This document shows, piece by piece, positions 36,831 to 45,753 of a stretch of DNA of 51,495 nt (position 1 is its first letter; every line of letters begins with the position of its first letter). The stretch is from a virus (lineage: Duplodnaviria > Caudoviricetes). A model generated the notes under the pieces. That model was not told the DNA's origin, did no database searches, and saw only the letters and a program-made list of their open reading frames with translations. The stretch is taken from the IMG/VR virus record IMGVR_UViG_3300037423_000673, positions 1 through 51,495 of that record; one strand, 5' to 3'. The translations under genes were made by a program, and so were the position numbers.

Positions 36831-38090
36831 TTATGAAAATAGGTCATCTAGTTCAATATTAGATGGTTTTGAATCGGATTTCTTTTCATCAGTTTCCCAC
36901 GGTAAATCCGTTACATCTGCTTCTTTTTTATCATTTGTAACTGGAACATAAACTAAATCATCTTCTTTATAAGAAGTTTCTACTGCGCCTTCTCTAAAGT
37001 CATTATCATCGTTAACTTTCAAAAGAACAGGTTTGAGTAATCTTGATTCTTCGGTTGTTTCACCTAACATTCCACCTCTAGGTGCAAAGTCTTCAAGTTT
37101 GTTCCACCCAAATTCAATTGCTTCTTTTTGTTGTGGAGTTAAATCATTATATGTAAACTCAACTTGGTCAGCACCCCTAAAGACACTAACTTCCCATTGT
37201 AGATGATAAACTCCTTTACCTTTCACATTGAATTGGTTTTTATAAAAGTTTAACATTTTTACGTGCATTTCGTTTTCCAAATCTAATTTAGATGCATTGA
37301 TGATAAATTGTTGTGGGAAGAATTGATCTTTTTTGCTTTTACTATCATAAGCAATTACATAACCATCAACATAGATTTTCTTCTCTTCTTTAAAATCCTT
37401 TTCATCCAATGCATCTTTTGTAAAAAATACATCGTAGGTTGCTCTTAATTTTGCAGCAGTTTCATTTGGTACAATTTCAATGTATTCTGGCTTGAATTTA
37501 CGCATATACTTACCTTTGTATTCTTGATATTCAATTCGACCAGTTACTTTAAATTTACTATCCTTATGTTTTTCTAACTCATCAGATAAGAATACTACCG
37601 CGTCATATTCATGAATGAATTCATGACGATCTTTAGCTTTCTCATGCATTTCCTGTTTCAGAGATTTCAACTTCGACTTTTCTTCGTCAGTTAATTCATC
37701 TTTATATTCTAGCATTCTAATTTCATATCCCAATTTAGCAATGGCTTCTTTTAATTCTTCATCCTTGGTAAAATCAATTACAATTTTCTTGAAATCAGCT
37801 ACCATATCAACTGTATCTTTGCTCAATCTGTCATCCCAAGGAATTTCTAACTTAGATCCATTTTGATTTTCTGTCCCCTTACTGAAAGAGAAAACTTTAT
37901 TTTGTTTACTTCTGGAGAATCCTCCGTACATTTCTAAGAATACACTACTTGTTTTTGATTCCTGTACTGCAAAGTTAAGTCTGTGACCTTCCCAACCACT
38001 ATCACTAGCATTTACGTTATAGAATTTATCTCTATTTTTAGGAATGTAAATGTTACCTACGAATTCAAATGTATTGTATAGTCTTGCCAT
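36831..38090 (-). CDS. Putative single-stranded DNA-binding protein (YorF-like)
   Basis: N.FEFVG start, acidic tail DLPWE...DDLFS, position in the replication operon. Confidence 0.6.
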   Translation of the reverse strand: MARLYNTFEFVGNIYIPKNRDKFYNVNASDSGWEGHRLNFAVQESKTSSVFLEMYGGFSRSKQNKVFSFSKGTENQNGSKLEIPWDDRLSKDTVDMVADFKKIVIDFTKDEELKEAIAKLGYEIRMLEYKDELTDEEKSKLKSLKQEMHEKAKDRHEFIHEYDAVVFLSDELEKHKDSKFKVTGRIEYQEYKGKYMRKFKPEYIEIVPNETAAKLRATYDVFFTKDALDEKDFKEEKKIYVDGYVIAYDSKSKKDQFFPQQFIINASKLDLENEMHVKMLNFYKNQFNVKGKGVYHLQWEVSVFRGADQVEFTYNDLTPQQKEAIEFGWNKLEDFAPRGGMLGETTEESRLLKPVLLKVNDDNDFREGAVETSYKEDDLVYVPVTNDKKEADVTDLPWETDEKKSDSKPSNIELDDLFS

Positions 38091-38232
38091 ATGTATTAAA
38101 TACCTCCAAGTTTATTATGTTTAGTGTTATGTTATATCTTCGCTGCCTCATCTCTGCTCCACTGCCTCAACTATCTCGGCTCCATGATCCCTCTTCACAA
38201 CCACCACCTTTCAAGTATCATCTACATTTCAA

Positions 38233-38272
38233 ATAGTAACATATTATTTTATAACTGTAAATGATTATTTTA
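38233..38272 (-). promoter_or_regulatory. Replication-operon promoter TTTACA-17-TACTAT with conserved operator
   Basis: AAAATAATCATTTACA at 38256-38271; extended TG. Confidence 0.75.
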
Positions 38273-38288
38273 TATGTATAAATCTAAA

Positions 38289-38304
38289 TAAAAGTTGAGT
38301 TTTA
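38289..38304. repeat. TAAA-N8-TTTA junction palindrome overlapping the PspC stop codon
   Basis: TAAAAGTTGAGTTTTA. Confidence 0.55.
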
Positions 38305-38589
38305 ACTTGGACTTGGCATTATGAATACAAGCACTAGATAAACTAAAACACCTGAACCACCTAATAAACTAAATACCACAAATCCTGCTCTTACCAATGT
38401 TGGATCAACGTTAAAGTATTCAGCCAATCCCCCACATACGCCAAAGAAAACTTTATCTGAAGACTTATGTAATATCTTTTGTACGGTTTGAGTTTGTTTT
38501 GGTAAGTTAATTTCATCAGCATATGAAACACTGACACTGAATGTTAGAAAGCAAATGGTTAAAAGGGATATTAATAATTTTTTGTACAT
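38302..38589 (-). CDS. PspC-domain protein with N-terminal signal peptide
   Basis: DKVFFGVCGGLAEYFNVDPTLVR...YLVLVFIMP; RBS GGAGG before ATG 38589. Confidence 0.85.
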   Translation of the reverse strand: MYKKLLISLLTICFLTFSVSVSYADEINLPKQTQTVQKILHKSSDKVFFGVCGGLAEYFNVDPTLVRAGFVVFSLLGGSGVLVYLVLVFIMPSPS

Positions 38590-38605
38590 TGCATCCTCCT
38601 TTGTT

Positions 38606-39439
38606 TTACTTCCCACTCGGAATATTAATCATTGGAGTACTATTCCCCATTTGATAATTTGGGAGTTTCCCGTCCCACTTCTCAACCCACATCTTCTGAA
38701 TAACCAGTTCATTCAATGCTTGTGCTTGTTGTTGAGTAGCCTGTGCCTCAATTTTCTTAACCTCTGCATCGGCTTTAGCTTTAGCAATAGCAGTTTCATT
38801 CTCAATTTGTTGTTTCTGTTGATTTGCAGTTGCTTGTTGTTTTCCTAATTCAGCACTTGCTAATGCTTTTTGTGAATCTGCCATTCCAGCAGGACTTCCT
38901 ACGCTTGTAAAACCAAATGTACCTAATTCGATTCCCGCGTTTCCTAGTTGAGTCTTCAACTGTTCGTTAATTTCAGCAGTGACTTGTGCCTGTTTGGCAC
39001 CTTTAATGTCATTCCAACCATATTTATGTGTGACTTGATTGACTACATTCTTCATCGTTGGTAATACAATGCTATCTCGAACATAATCAATGTCCTTACC
39101 ACCTACAGCCTGATATAATGCGGTGACATTCTTTGTGCCAATCTTCCATGTTAAACTTGTGTCTACGTTTAACTCTTGTTGGTCAGCAGTCCCAATTCCC
39201 CATGCTGCTTTATCATTTAATACTAGAGATTGCATATATGTAGGATATTCTTGTACTCCAACTGTCCAGCCTACCCAGTGCCAACCTTGACTTAACTCAG
39301 ATACTTCACCATCCATATGTTTAACAATACCAACTTGACCAATACTAATTTTTTCAATTCCACCAATTGCATATACGGCTCCTGCAAGCAATCCCAATCC
39401 TACTACTCCTGCTCCAATTAGAAAACTATTTTTGCTCAT
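38606..39439 (-). CDS. SPFH/band-7 membrane protein
   Basis: N-terminal TM, GQVGIV, GWHW, A/Q-rich coil, EKWDGKLP. Confidence 0.85.
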   Translation of the reverse strand: MSKNSFLIGAGVVGLGLLAGAVYAIGGIEKISIGQVGIVKHMDGEVSELSQGWHWVGWTVGVQEYPTYMQSLVLNDKAAWGIGTADQQELNVDTSLTWKIGTKNVTALYQAVGGKDIDYVRDSIVLPTMKNVVNQVTHKYGWNDIKGAKQAQVTAEINEQLKTQLGNAGIELGTFGFTSVGSPAGMADSQKALASAELGKQQATANQQKQQIENETAIAKAKADAEVKKIEAQATQQQAQALNELVIQKMWVEKWDGKLPNYQMGNSTPMINIPSGK

Positions 39440-39593
39440 TAATATGATCCTCCTCATTTGCTTCATCTTTAAGTCTATTTGCTTCATGTTTAATTGCTTT
39501 TCCTATTGGTTTAAACAATCCATTGAGTGCGTAGAAAAGCAATACACATGCTAAGAAAATAACGAATCCTATTACTACAATAATCTTAAACAA
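39426..39593 (-). CDS. 55-aa single-TM protein upstream of SPFH
   Basis: RBS AAGGAGG, TTG start; translated by hand. Confidence 0.6.
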   Translation of the reverse strand: MFKIIVVIGFVIFLACVLLFYALNGLFKPIGKAIKHEANRLKDEANEEDHINEQK

Positions 39594-39669
39594 TTAACAT
39601 CCTCCTTTTCTTTTAAAAAGTTTCTTTGATTGGATTATGTATTATCGTGTTGTCCCTCTTACATTTCTT

Positions 39670-39716
39670 ATAATATCACCTATCAAGAATCTTGTAAATG
39701 ATTATTTTACATTTAT
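39670..39716 (-). promoter_or_regulatory. Promoter TTTACA-17-TATTAT with full-length operator
   Basis: 25-nt identity with 1627-1651. Confidence 0.75.
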
Positions 39717-39904
39717 GCTAATTTATTTCTTAACCATTCTTTCAACTTCATCCAAGCTTCTCCATCCGTCTTTGCGTGAATTTCTCTGATCTTATGAGCC
39801 TTTATTCCACCAACGATAAATTCTTGATTTGACTTGAATCTAAATCGTGTTATCTTATGGCCTTCCAAGAACTCAGTTTTAATCAATTCCCATCCTTCAA
39901 CCAT
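39713..39904 (-). CDS. Hypothetical protein
   Basis: RBS AGGAGTGAG; abuts the hydrolase stop. Confidence 0.6.
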   Translation of the reverse strand: MVEGWELIKTEFLEGHKITRFRFKSNQEFIVGGIKAHKIREIHAKTDGEAWMKLKEWLRNKLA

Positions 39905-40654
39905 CTATCTCACTCCTTTCAAAAATTCAACCACATCTCGGTTAAACCTATCCTTTTCCTCAATACAACTCAAATGGCCTGAACAATAAAATCTAATCCT
40001 TGCTCTCGGTGTTAACCAGTATTGATACAATTGGTTTGGCATTGGTGTAGTTGTGTCCCATATTCCTGCACAAATTAAAACTGGAACCTTTACACTTCTC
40101 AGTACATCACTATAATCATGCCTCAACAATACCGAAGCTGTCTGCACATATGTTTTCCTATTTATAGTAAATGCATTTCTTGCTGTATCCACTATATTTT
40201 TAGTTTTAAACACAATACAATTGTTAACTAGATCCTCTATGTATTCATCATTTGTCATACTGTCTAGTTTTTTCTTACGATCATTCACACTTATCTTCAA
40301 TAAATCGTCTAAAACAAACGATATTGAATTACATAAAATGAGCGTTTTAACTAAGCTTGATTTTTTCTTATAAATTTCTTGTGCAACACATCCACCCAAA
40401 CTAATACCACATATATGAGCAGAATCAATCTTTAGATCCTCTAGCAAATGAATTACACATGTAGCCATGTATTCAATGGTAATATTTCCAACATCAACAT
40501 CTCTTAGGAAATCTACTACAATCAATCTGTAACCTTGGTTTACTAATTCCAATTGTCCATTCCACATATTCACCGAGGCTCCGAGACCACTCAGTAAGAC
40601 TAAGCATTCATCGCCTTTCTCGCCTAGATCCAAATAGTTAATAACGTCAATCAC
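39905..40654 (-). CDS. Alpha/beta hydrolase (enol-lactonase/RsbQ-like fold)
   Basis: LLSGLG oxyanion loop, GISLGG nucleophile, GIWD, SGHL. Confidence 0.88.
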   Translation of the reverse strand: MIDVINYLDLGEKGDECLVLLSGLGASVNMWNGQLELVNQGYRLIVVDFLRDVDVGNITIEYMATCVIHLLEDLKIDSAHICGISLGGCVAQEIYKKKSSLVKTLILCNSISFVLDDLLKISVNDRKKKLDSMTNDEYIEDLVNNCIVFKTKNIVDTARNAFTINRKTYVQTASVLLRHDYSDVLRSVKVPVLICAGIWDTTTPMPNQLYQYWLTPRARIRFYCSGHLSCIEEKDRFNRDVVEFLKGVR

Positions 40655-40781
40655 CCTCTTCTAATAATTCGATAATGTATTCTAAATCATCTACCGCAGT
40701 TGGAGACAACTCTTCATATCTCTCCATAAATCTCTTTAGTAACCTGTATGCTAATTTAATTTTATTTTTATTACTGTCCAT
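40647..40781 (-). CDS. 44-aa hypothetical protein
   Basis: Translated by hand (MDSNKNKIKLAY...); overlaps the hydrolase start. Confidence 0.5.
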   Translation of the reverse strand: MDSNKNKIKLAYRLLKRFMERYEELSPTAVDDLEYIIELLEEGD

Positions 40782-40810
40782 CTTAAAACTACTCCACTCC
40801 AAACGACCCC

Positions 40811-41017
40811 TTACGAGGCGTTTTGATATTTATTATATTTTATTTCTATCATTTTAAGCAGGATAAAAGCGATTTTGTTTCTACCATTTTCATTAATCTT
40901 TTCTTTTAATTCCTTGTATTCTATTTCAGTATGTATCACCTTTTTAATTAATCTAATTACCATCTTACTATTAACATCAAACTCTTCGATGACTTTAATA
41001 CTAAAAAAATCCTCCAA
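40811..41017 (-). CDS. Hypothetical protein, first gene of the hydrolase operon
   Basis: RBS AAGGGGATG; follows a strong promoter. Confidence 0.55.
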   Translation of the reverse strand: MEDFFSIKVIEEFDVNSKMVIRLIKKVIHTEIEYKELKEKINENGRNKIAFILLKMIEIKYNKYQNAS

Positions 41018-41054
41018 TTCTATGCATCCCCTTTGGCTATGGCTTATTTGTAAA

Positions 41055-41200
41055 TTAAGTATAAAATACTTTAAGTATAATTGTCAATCCATTTTTGCCA
41101 TTTAATGTAGAATTTGTTATCGAATTGTTATCGAATTTATTAAGAAACTATTAATTAAAAGAAATTAATTATACTAATTGTATATTTTTATGATACAATT
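41055..41200. promoter_or_regulatory. Divergent control region: minus promoter TTGACA-18-TATACT with TTAAGTATAA repeats; plus -10 TGnTACAAT
   Basis: TTAAGTATAA at 41055 and 41071, palindrome ATACTTTAAGTAT 41066-41078, tandem TTGTTATCGAA repeat near 41114-41135. Confidence 0.65.
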
Positions 41201-41220
41201 CAAGTATGGAGGTGATATTT

Positions 41221-41625
41221 GTGACATTTGGTGAAAGGTTGAGAATGTTAAGACAACAGTATGATATGAAACAGAAAGACCTAGCAATAATACTAGGACT
41301 TTCATCTGATGCAATATCTAAGTTGGAGCGCGGAGAAAGAAATCCTACATCTGAAACGTTGCAAAAATTAAGCAGTAAAGAAGTATTTGATGTTTCTGTT
41401 GATTACCTTCTATGTAAAACCGACATACCAACAAACGAAATAGAACAAACAATAATCAATAATATAAATGATGACATTGAAAATATGGATAAAGTGATTG
41501 ATGTATTCGCTGAAAAACATGGAATATTATTTGATGATGGAAAAAGATATACGAAGGAAGAACTAGAAAAAATTATTAAGCATTATTTAAAAATGGTTAA
41601 TGCATTTAAAGACTTAAACTCCTAA
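41221..41625 (+). CDS. XRE-family repressor (ImmR/CI-like)
   Basis: FGERLRMLR, ISKLERGERNP, VSVDYLL; RBS GGAGGTG before GTG 41221. Confidence 0.9.
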   Translation: MTFGERLRMLRQQYDMKQKDLAIILGLSSDAISKLERGERNPTSETLQKLSSKEVFDVSVDYLLCKTDIPTNEIEQTIINNINDDIENMDKVIDVFAEKHGILFDDGKRYTKEELEKIIKHYLKMVNAFKDLNS

Positions 41626-41629
41626 AAGA

Positions 41630-42319
41630 TTAAGTATGTAAGACTATTATAAACTTAATCTCATCTTTGTAGACAACTGGAAGGGCAACAGCAAATAAGT
41701 CCATGACAGATCCATCATGGTGATACCCATTGTAATATATATGCTGCGCCTTTTTCGACTCCAACACCATCATTTGCGTCTTTGCTACTTCATCAAGACA
41801 ATCGGGAGTTATTAGTGGGAATATACTTTGGTTAATTATTTCTTTCCTTTTGAACCCAGAAACATCAACCCATTTATCAGAAACATATTTTACAGTTCCA
41901 TCTAAGGTGAGAATGTTAATCATTCTTTGTTCAGGTTTCCATTTGTCGATATTGATTAAATATGCATGAACTTCTTTTACGATATCATCTTGAAACTGTG
42001 GGCTAAAATAAATTAATACTTTGTGTTTTCTATAATGATCTGTATTGTCATAGACTACAGTTTCACCATTCCATGCCCTCTCGTAATAAGGCTTGAGTAG
42101 TTCAATTCTATACTCTGGGATAGAATTTATTAATATTTCTCCAACAAAATGATCTAAACTTAATGCATATTCTTTAATCATTTCACCTTTCATTTCTAAG
42201 TGAATAAATGAATTGTCAACTTTTTTAAAACTAAAAAACGCTCCATCTTTCTCTGGTGATATATTTTTGCTGGTTAAGTAGTTGCCAAACTTGCTAATGA
42301 TGGAGTTTAATCGTTCCAT
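41630..42319 (-). CDS. Tandem-PAS sensor protein with no output domain
   Basis: YYERAWNGETV PAS/PAC-like unit and DGTVKYVS..W...SGF...EII.QSIFPLI.PD PAS unit. Confidence 0.8.
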   Translation of the reverse strand: MERLNSIISKFGNYLTSKNISPEKDGAFFSFKKVDNSFIHLEMKGEMIKEYALSLDHFVGEILINSIPEYRIELLKPYYERAWNGETVVYDNTDHYRKHKVLIYFSPQFQDDIVKEVHAYLINIDKWKPEQRMINILTLDGTVKYVSDKWVDVSGFKRKEIINQSIFPLITPDCLDEVAKTQMMVLESKKAQHIYYNGYHHDGSVMDLFAVALPVVYKDEIKFIIVLHT

Positions 42320-42337
42320 TTCGCACTCTCCTGTGTT

Positions 42338-42381
42338 CGAACACCTGTTCTCATTGTATCGTATTCCGTTCTATCTTTCAA
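42338..42381 (-). promoter_or_regulatory. SigA promoter TTGAAA-17-TACAAT with LexA/DinR SOS box immediately downstream
   Basis: AGAACAGGTGTTCG (42351-42338) matches 13/14 of CGAACRNRYGTTCG; -10 at 42358-42353, -35 at 42381-42376. Confidence 0.8.
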
Positions 42382-42585
42382 GATATTTATGTTCTGTATA
42401 GTAAAATTGTACTAAATAATTAACGCTGAAAAAATACATTTTTATGCTGTTGCAATGTTATGTCAAGATTCGACAAAAATAATTAGTGAATGTCGATAAT
42501 ATTTTATGCTAAAATTTACCTATCCTTTTTGTCTTTTTGTTATAATATGTATCGGGAGTTATATTATGATCATGGGGATATATAA

Positions 42586-42789
42586 ATGGACAAAAAGAAA
42601 TATAGGCCAAGAATTAGACTACTACGCGAACATATTGGTTATAGCCAACAAGGATTGGCTAAGAAAATAGGCGTAAGTCAATCGCTATTATCTCGTTGGG
42701 AACGAGGAGAATCTTATCCACCTTTCCCAAAATTAAAACTATTGTCTAGTTTACTTCAGTGTAGCATAGACGATTTGTATGATATATGA
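42586..42789 (+). CDS. Small XRE/Cro-like HTH regulator
   Basis: SQQGLAKKIGVSQSLLSRWERGESYP. Confidence 0.88.
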   Translation: MDKKKYRPRIRLLREHIGYSQQGLAKKIGVSQSLLSRWERGESYPPFPKLKLLSSLLQCSIDDLYDI

Positions 42790-42790
42790 G

Positions 42791-42821
42791 ACGTTCTTAT
42801 CTTTTTGATAAGGGCGTTTTT
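42791..42821 (+). terminator. Rho-independent terminator
   Basis: ACGTTCTTATC...GATAAGGGCGT followed by T-run. Confidence 0.7.
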
Positions 42822-42941
42822 GCTTTTTTATAAGAAATTAAGCCTACTAAACACATTTAAGACACACTTAAAAATAGGCATATAATACCAATAGAACTAT
42901 TATGCAAATATATAGTACAATAAGTTCTAAAGGTGATGTAA

Positions 42942-43133
42942 ATGAACTTGGAACTTATTGATACTAAAGTTCGGGAATATTTAAAAAAATCAAGGACTCC
43001 ATGTGTTTTGCTATACATAGACATTTTAAATGAAACAGACGAATATATAGAATGTATTGCTCACTTGCAATGTAAAAGGACAAGAAAAATTCGTAAGGTG
43101 ATTATGAATAAGTTTAATGGTGAGGTTATTTAA
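42942..43133 (+). CDS. Hypothetical protein
   Basis: RBS AAAGGTGA. Confidence 0.6.
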   Translation: MNLELIDTKVREYLKKSRTPCVLLYIDILNETDEYIECIAHLQCKRTRKIRKVIMNKFNGEVI

Positions 43134-43197
43134 ATAATTAATTTATAATAATTTTATTTGTATGTACGATCCAAGCCCCAGATGGGACTTGAAATAG

Positions 43198-44214
43198 TTA
43201 TAGATAATCCTTGTATAATTTTTCAATATTTTGAATCGAGATCCATTCCTTTAAAGGAGACCAGTTGTAAAACTCATACTTGCCATTCTTTACTTTAGGC
43301 ATCTGATAATGTTCACATATTTCTAAATACTGTTCTTTGTCCAAAACTCCGTCTCGCTTATATAGAAGATATCCCATGTAAATCTGACCACTTCTAAAGA
43401 TGTTTTTGCTGGTCATCATTGGATTTTCCCATAATTCAGCTATAGAGGCTATTCTTCTATAAATCACAGATGGTAGAACTGTACTCATCGGAGATGCGTT
43501 ACGAGTAGTCCCAACACGTATCACATAATCATTATCGATAAGTGGAGTCCTATCTGTTTGGTTAGGTCTCGTGTCAGCTTCGCCATTCTTTTTGAGATAT
43601 TCTGTTTCGTTTGCTGCTTTTCTAGCCAAAGCGATGCAATCTCTATCTACTTTTAACTCTCTTTTTTTGCCTTTTTCATCAGTCAAATGCAAAACATTTT
43701 CATCGTAATCAATATCCCGTTTTTTTAAATTACATAATTCATGGACTGTCATTCCTGAAAACAAGGCAACGAAAATAAAACCATCTTGCGCGTTCTTGCA
43801 TCCAGTATCCTCATTTGTTAGCAAATCTAATTCATCTTTCGAGATATAAATCATTACGTTTTTGTCTACGAAACTTTCTATAAATGCTTTGTCATTTTTA
43901 ACCCCAGTTAAAGGATTTAGGTTGCTATTAGTTGTTCTATCGCCCATTCCCCATTCTATATAGTTATACACTGTGCTAATATTCGACCTTGAAGCAGACT
44001 TAGTTAAAGGATTTAGCGATGCTAAAAGTTCTTTAATTTCTTCTAAGTTAAAATCCACTAAATCTTTTCCCCACATACTCTCCAGCATATAACTTTGTTT
44101 GAATATTCTTTTGTACGTTTTATAAGTTGCCTCTTTATATTGATTCAAAAATCTTTCTTTCCGTTCAGGCTCATACATTATATCATCGTATATTTGATTA
44201 GGAGCATTATGCAC
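43198..44214 (-). CDS. mrpR: MrpR (YopR)-like master repressor, degenerate tyrosine-recombinase fold
   Basis: KERFL...KDL.DFN..EI N-terminus; SGMTVHEL lacks the catalytic Arg; IFRSG in place of HxxR; follows a YopQ-like gene as in SPbeta. Confidence 0.75.
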   Translation of the reverse strand: MHNAPNQIYDDIMYEPERKERFLNQYKEATYKTYKRIFKQSYMLESMWGKDLVDFNLEEIKELLASLNPLTKSASRSNISTVYNYIEWGMGDRTTNSNLNPLTGVKNDKAFIESFVDKNVMIYISKDELDLLTNEDTGCKNAQDGFIFVALFSGMTVHELCNLKKRDIDYDENVLHLTDEKGKKRELKVDRDCIALARKAANETEYLKKNGEADTRPNQTDRTPLIDNDYVIRVGTTRNASPMSTVLPSVIYRRIASIAELWENPMMTSKNIFRSGQIYMGYLLYKRDGVLDKEQYLEICEHYQMPKVKNGKYEFYNWSPLKEWISIQNIEKLYKDYL

Positions 44215-45598
44215 TTGTTCTCACCTCTCCAACATTCAATTCATTAAAGTATTTTCTTATTCTACCTTTAGGATTTCCTTTCACATTACCTTTATCATCA
44301 AGTACACTTATCTCTTTCCACAGATCGTTATCTCGACTAAAATCAATTCCATCTAGAATATCACTAATTTTTTCAATTGGAATATCATTATCTCTAAATT
44401 TTTTAGCTAATAATATAAATCCATAAAACATGTGACTAATATTGATTAAACTTTTATCTCGAACAGTGGGAATATTAGTCAGAAACGCTTCCCCATTTGA
44501 CATGAAAATTTCATCTAAGAATTTAGAAAGGTATTTAGACAATTTTATTGCCTCTGGTTTATCATTCTCATCGACTTTGAATTCCGATTGGATTGCATCC
44601 TTCAAAATACTAAATGGCACAAGTAAATTTGAATGTGGTGGAACGCTATCTGATAATGTAACCTTATCTCTTAATTCGCTTCCTTTTTGCACTCTTTCAG
44701 CAATAAATGAATAAATATTTGAACTAGCATCTTTTTGGTCAAGATTTGACTTGGATATTTTCATACCTTTGTTTATTTGACTAAAGTGCTGGATAGCCTC
44801 TTCAACATCATAATTCAATATACGAACTTCAAAATTCATATCTACACTTTGATAATTAGGATCTGATAATACTGCACTTATAGTTGTAAGTCTGTTAAAG
44901 CCATCTAATATGTCAAGAAACGAACCGTCAGTAACGGTTAAAGTCATGTTGTCTTCGTCATAAATAACTTCTTCGCCTTCTTTAGAAGTTCCCATACGGG
45001 CGTTTAACACAATTGTAGTACTTTCTAATCTTCCAGTTTGCATTAATTTAGCCATTTGTTTTACGTTTGTAGGACTAACTTTTGGAGATTTAACCATAAC
45101 ATCTGGATCTTCTTTTGAAGTACGTTCATTAGCTTCGCGCTGGCAATCGTAGTTATAATAAATTAATCCTGAATCATTTAAATCTTTTAATTCACTAGCT
45201 GCAATAATACCTGTAAAATGTCTATCTTTAACTTTCACCATTTTATTTCTAAACGTATAAGGGAACTCAATTTTGCGGTCTGTTTTAATCTTTTGATAAA
45301 CTTCCGAATTTCTAAGTTCTGCTGCTCCAAAGTAATTTTCAGGATTTATCTTTGAGGAATTAATATCAGTAACAGGAAGCGTTGCTTTATATGCCACCAT
45401 CATCAACAAGCATAATTCCCTAATTTCAAGTTCACTCAAAGGAGTCATTCCTGAAATCCATTGTTGAGATTGACCAATTGGAATCTTATTATTAGTTAAT
45501 TCATTTTTAATCTCTAAAACTACTCGTCTATTATGCTTAATATCATCTAAAAAACCTCTTAGATTTTTCTCGATTATATTACGTTCAACTTTAGGCAT
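44207..45598 (-). CDS. DndB/DGQHR (ParB-like) protein, SPbeta YopQ-like
   Basis: YN..CQR, ILDGFNRL, F.QIN motifs; RBS GGAGG before ATG 45598. Confidence 0.75.
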   Translation of the reverse strand: MPKVERNIIEKNLRGFLDDIKHNRRVVLEIKNELTNNKIPIGQSQQWISGMTPLSELEIRELCLLMMVAYKATLPVTDINSSKINPENYFGAAELRNSEVYQKIKTDRKIEFPYTFRNKMVKVKDRHFTGIIAASELKDLNDSGLIYYNYDCQREANERTSKEDPDVMVKSPKVSPTNVKQMAKLMQTGRLESTTIVLNARMGTSKEGEEVIYDEDNMTLTVTDGSFLDILDGFNRLTTISAVLSDPNYQSVDMNFEVRILNYDVEEAIQHFSQINKGMKISKSNLDQKDASSNIYSFIAERVQKGSELRDKVTLSDSVPPHSNLLVPFSILKDAIQSEFKVDENDKPEAIKLSKYLSKFLDEIFMSNGEAFLTNIPTVRDKSLINISHMFYGFILLAKKFRDNDIPIEKISDILDGIDFSRDNDLWKEISVLDDKGNVKGNPKGRIRKYFNELNVGEVRTSA

Positions 45599-45644
45599 AT
45601 TTTTATCCTCCAATATATACGAATACATATTTATCCTTACTTAT

Positions 45645-45674
45645 ATTATAGACGATTAAGTAAGGTTTATACAA
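45645..45674 (-). promoter_or_regulatory. Promoter for the yopQ-like/mrpR operon (TTGTAT-18-TATAAT)
   Basis: Hexamers read directly. Confidence 0.5.
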
Positions 45675-45753
45675 GATTTTTTTACTTTTATAAGGAAAAA
45701 TTGTCCAACATTTTGTGACAAACATATACAAAAAGACAGACTTTTCAATCTGT

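Noticed and set aside
42860-42940. Sporulation sigma (SigK/SigE) promoter CATATAATA before 42942
   Set aside because: -35 spacing does not fit cleanly and the TATAAT can be read as SigA
43198-44214. Active tyrosine integrase
   Set aside because: Catalytic Arg and HxxR motifs are degenerate, and context matches the MrpR repressor
44207-45598. Phosphorothioate (Dnd) modification system
   Set aside because: Only a DndB-like fold; no dndACDE genes; position matches SPbeta yopQ
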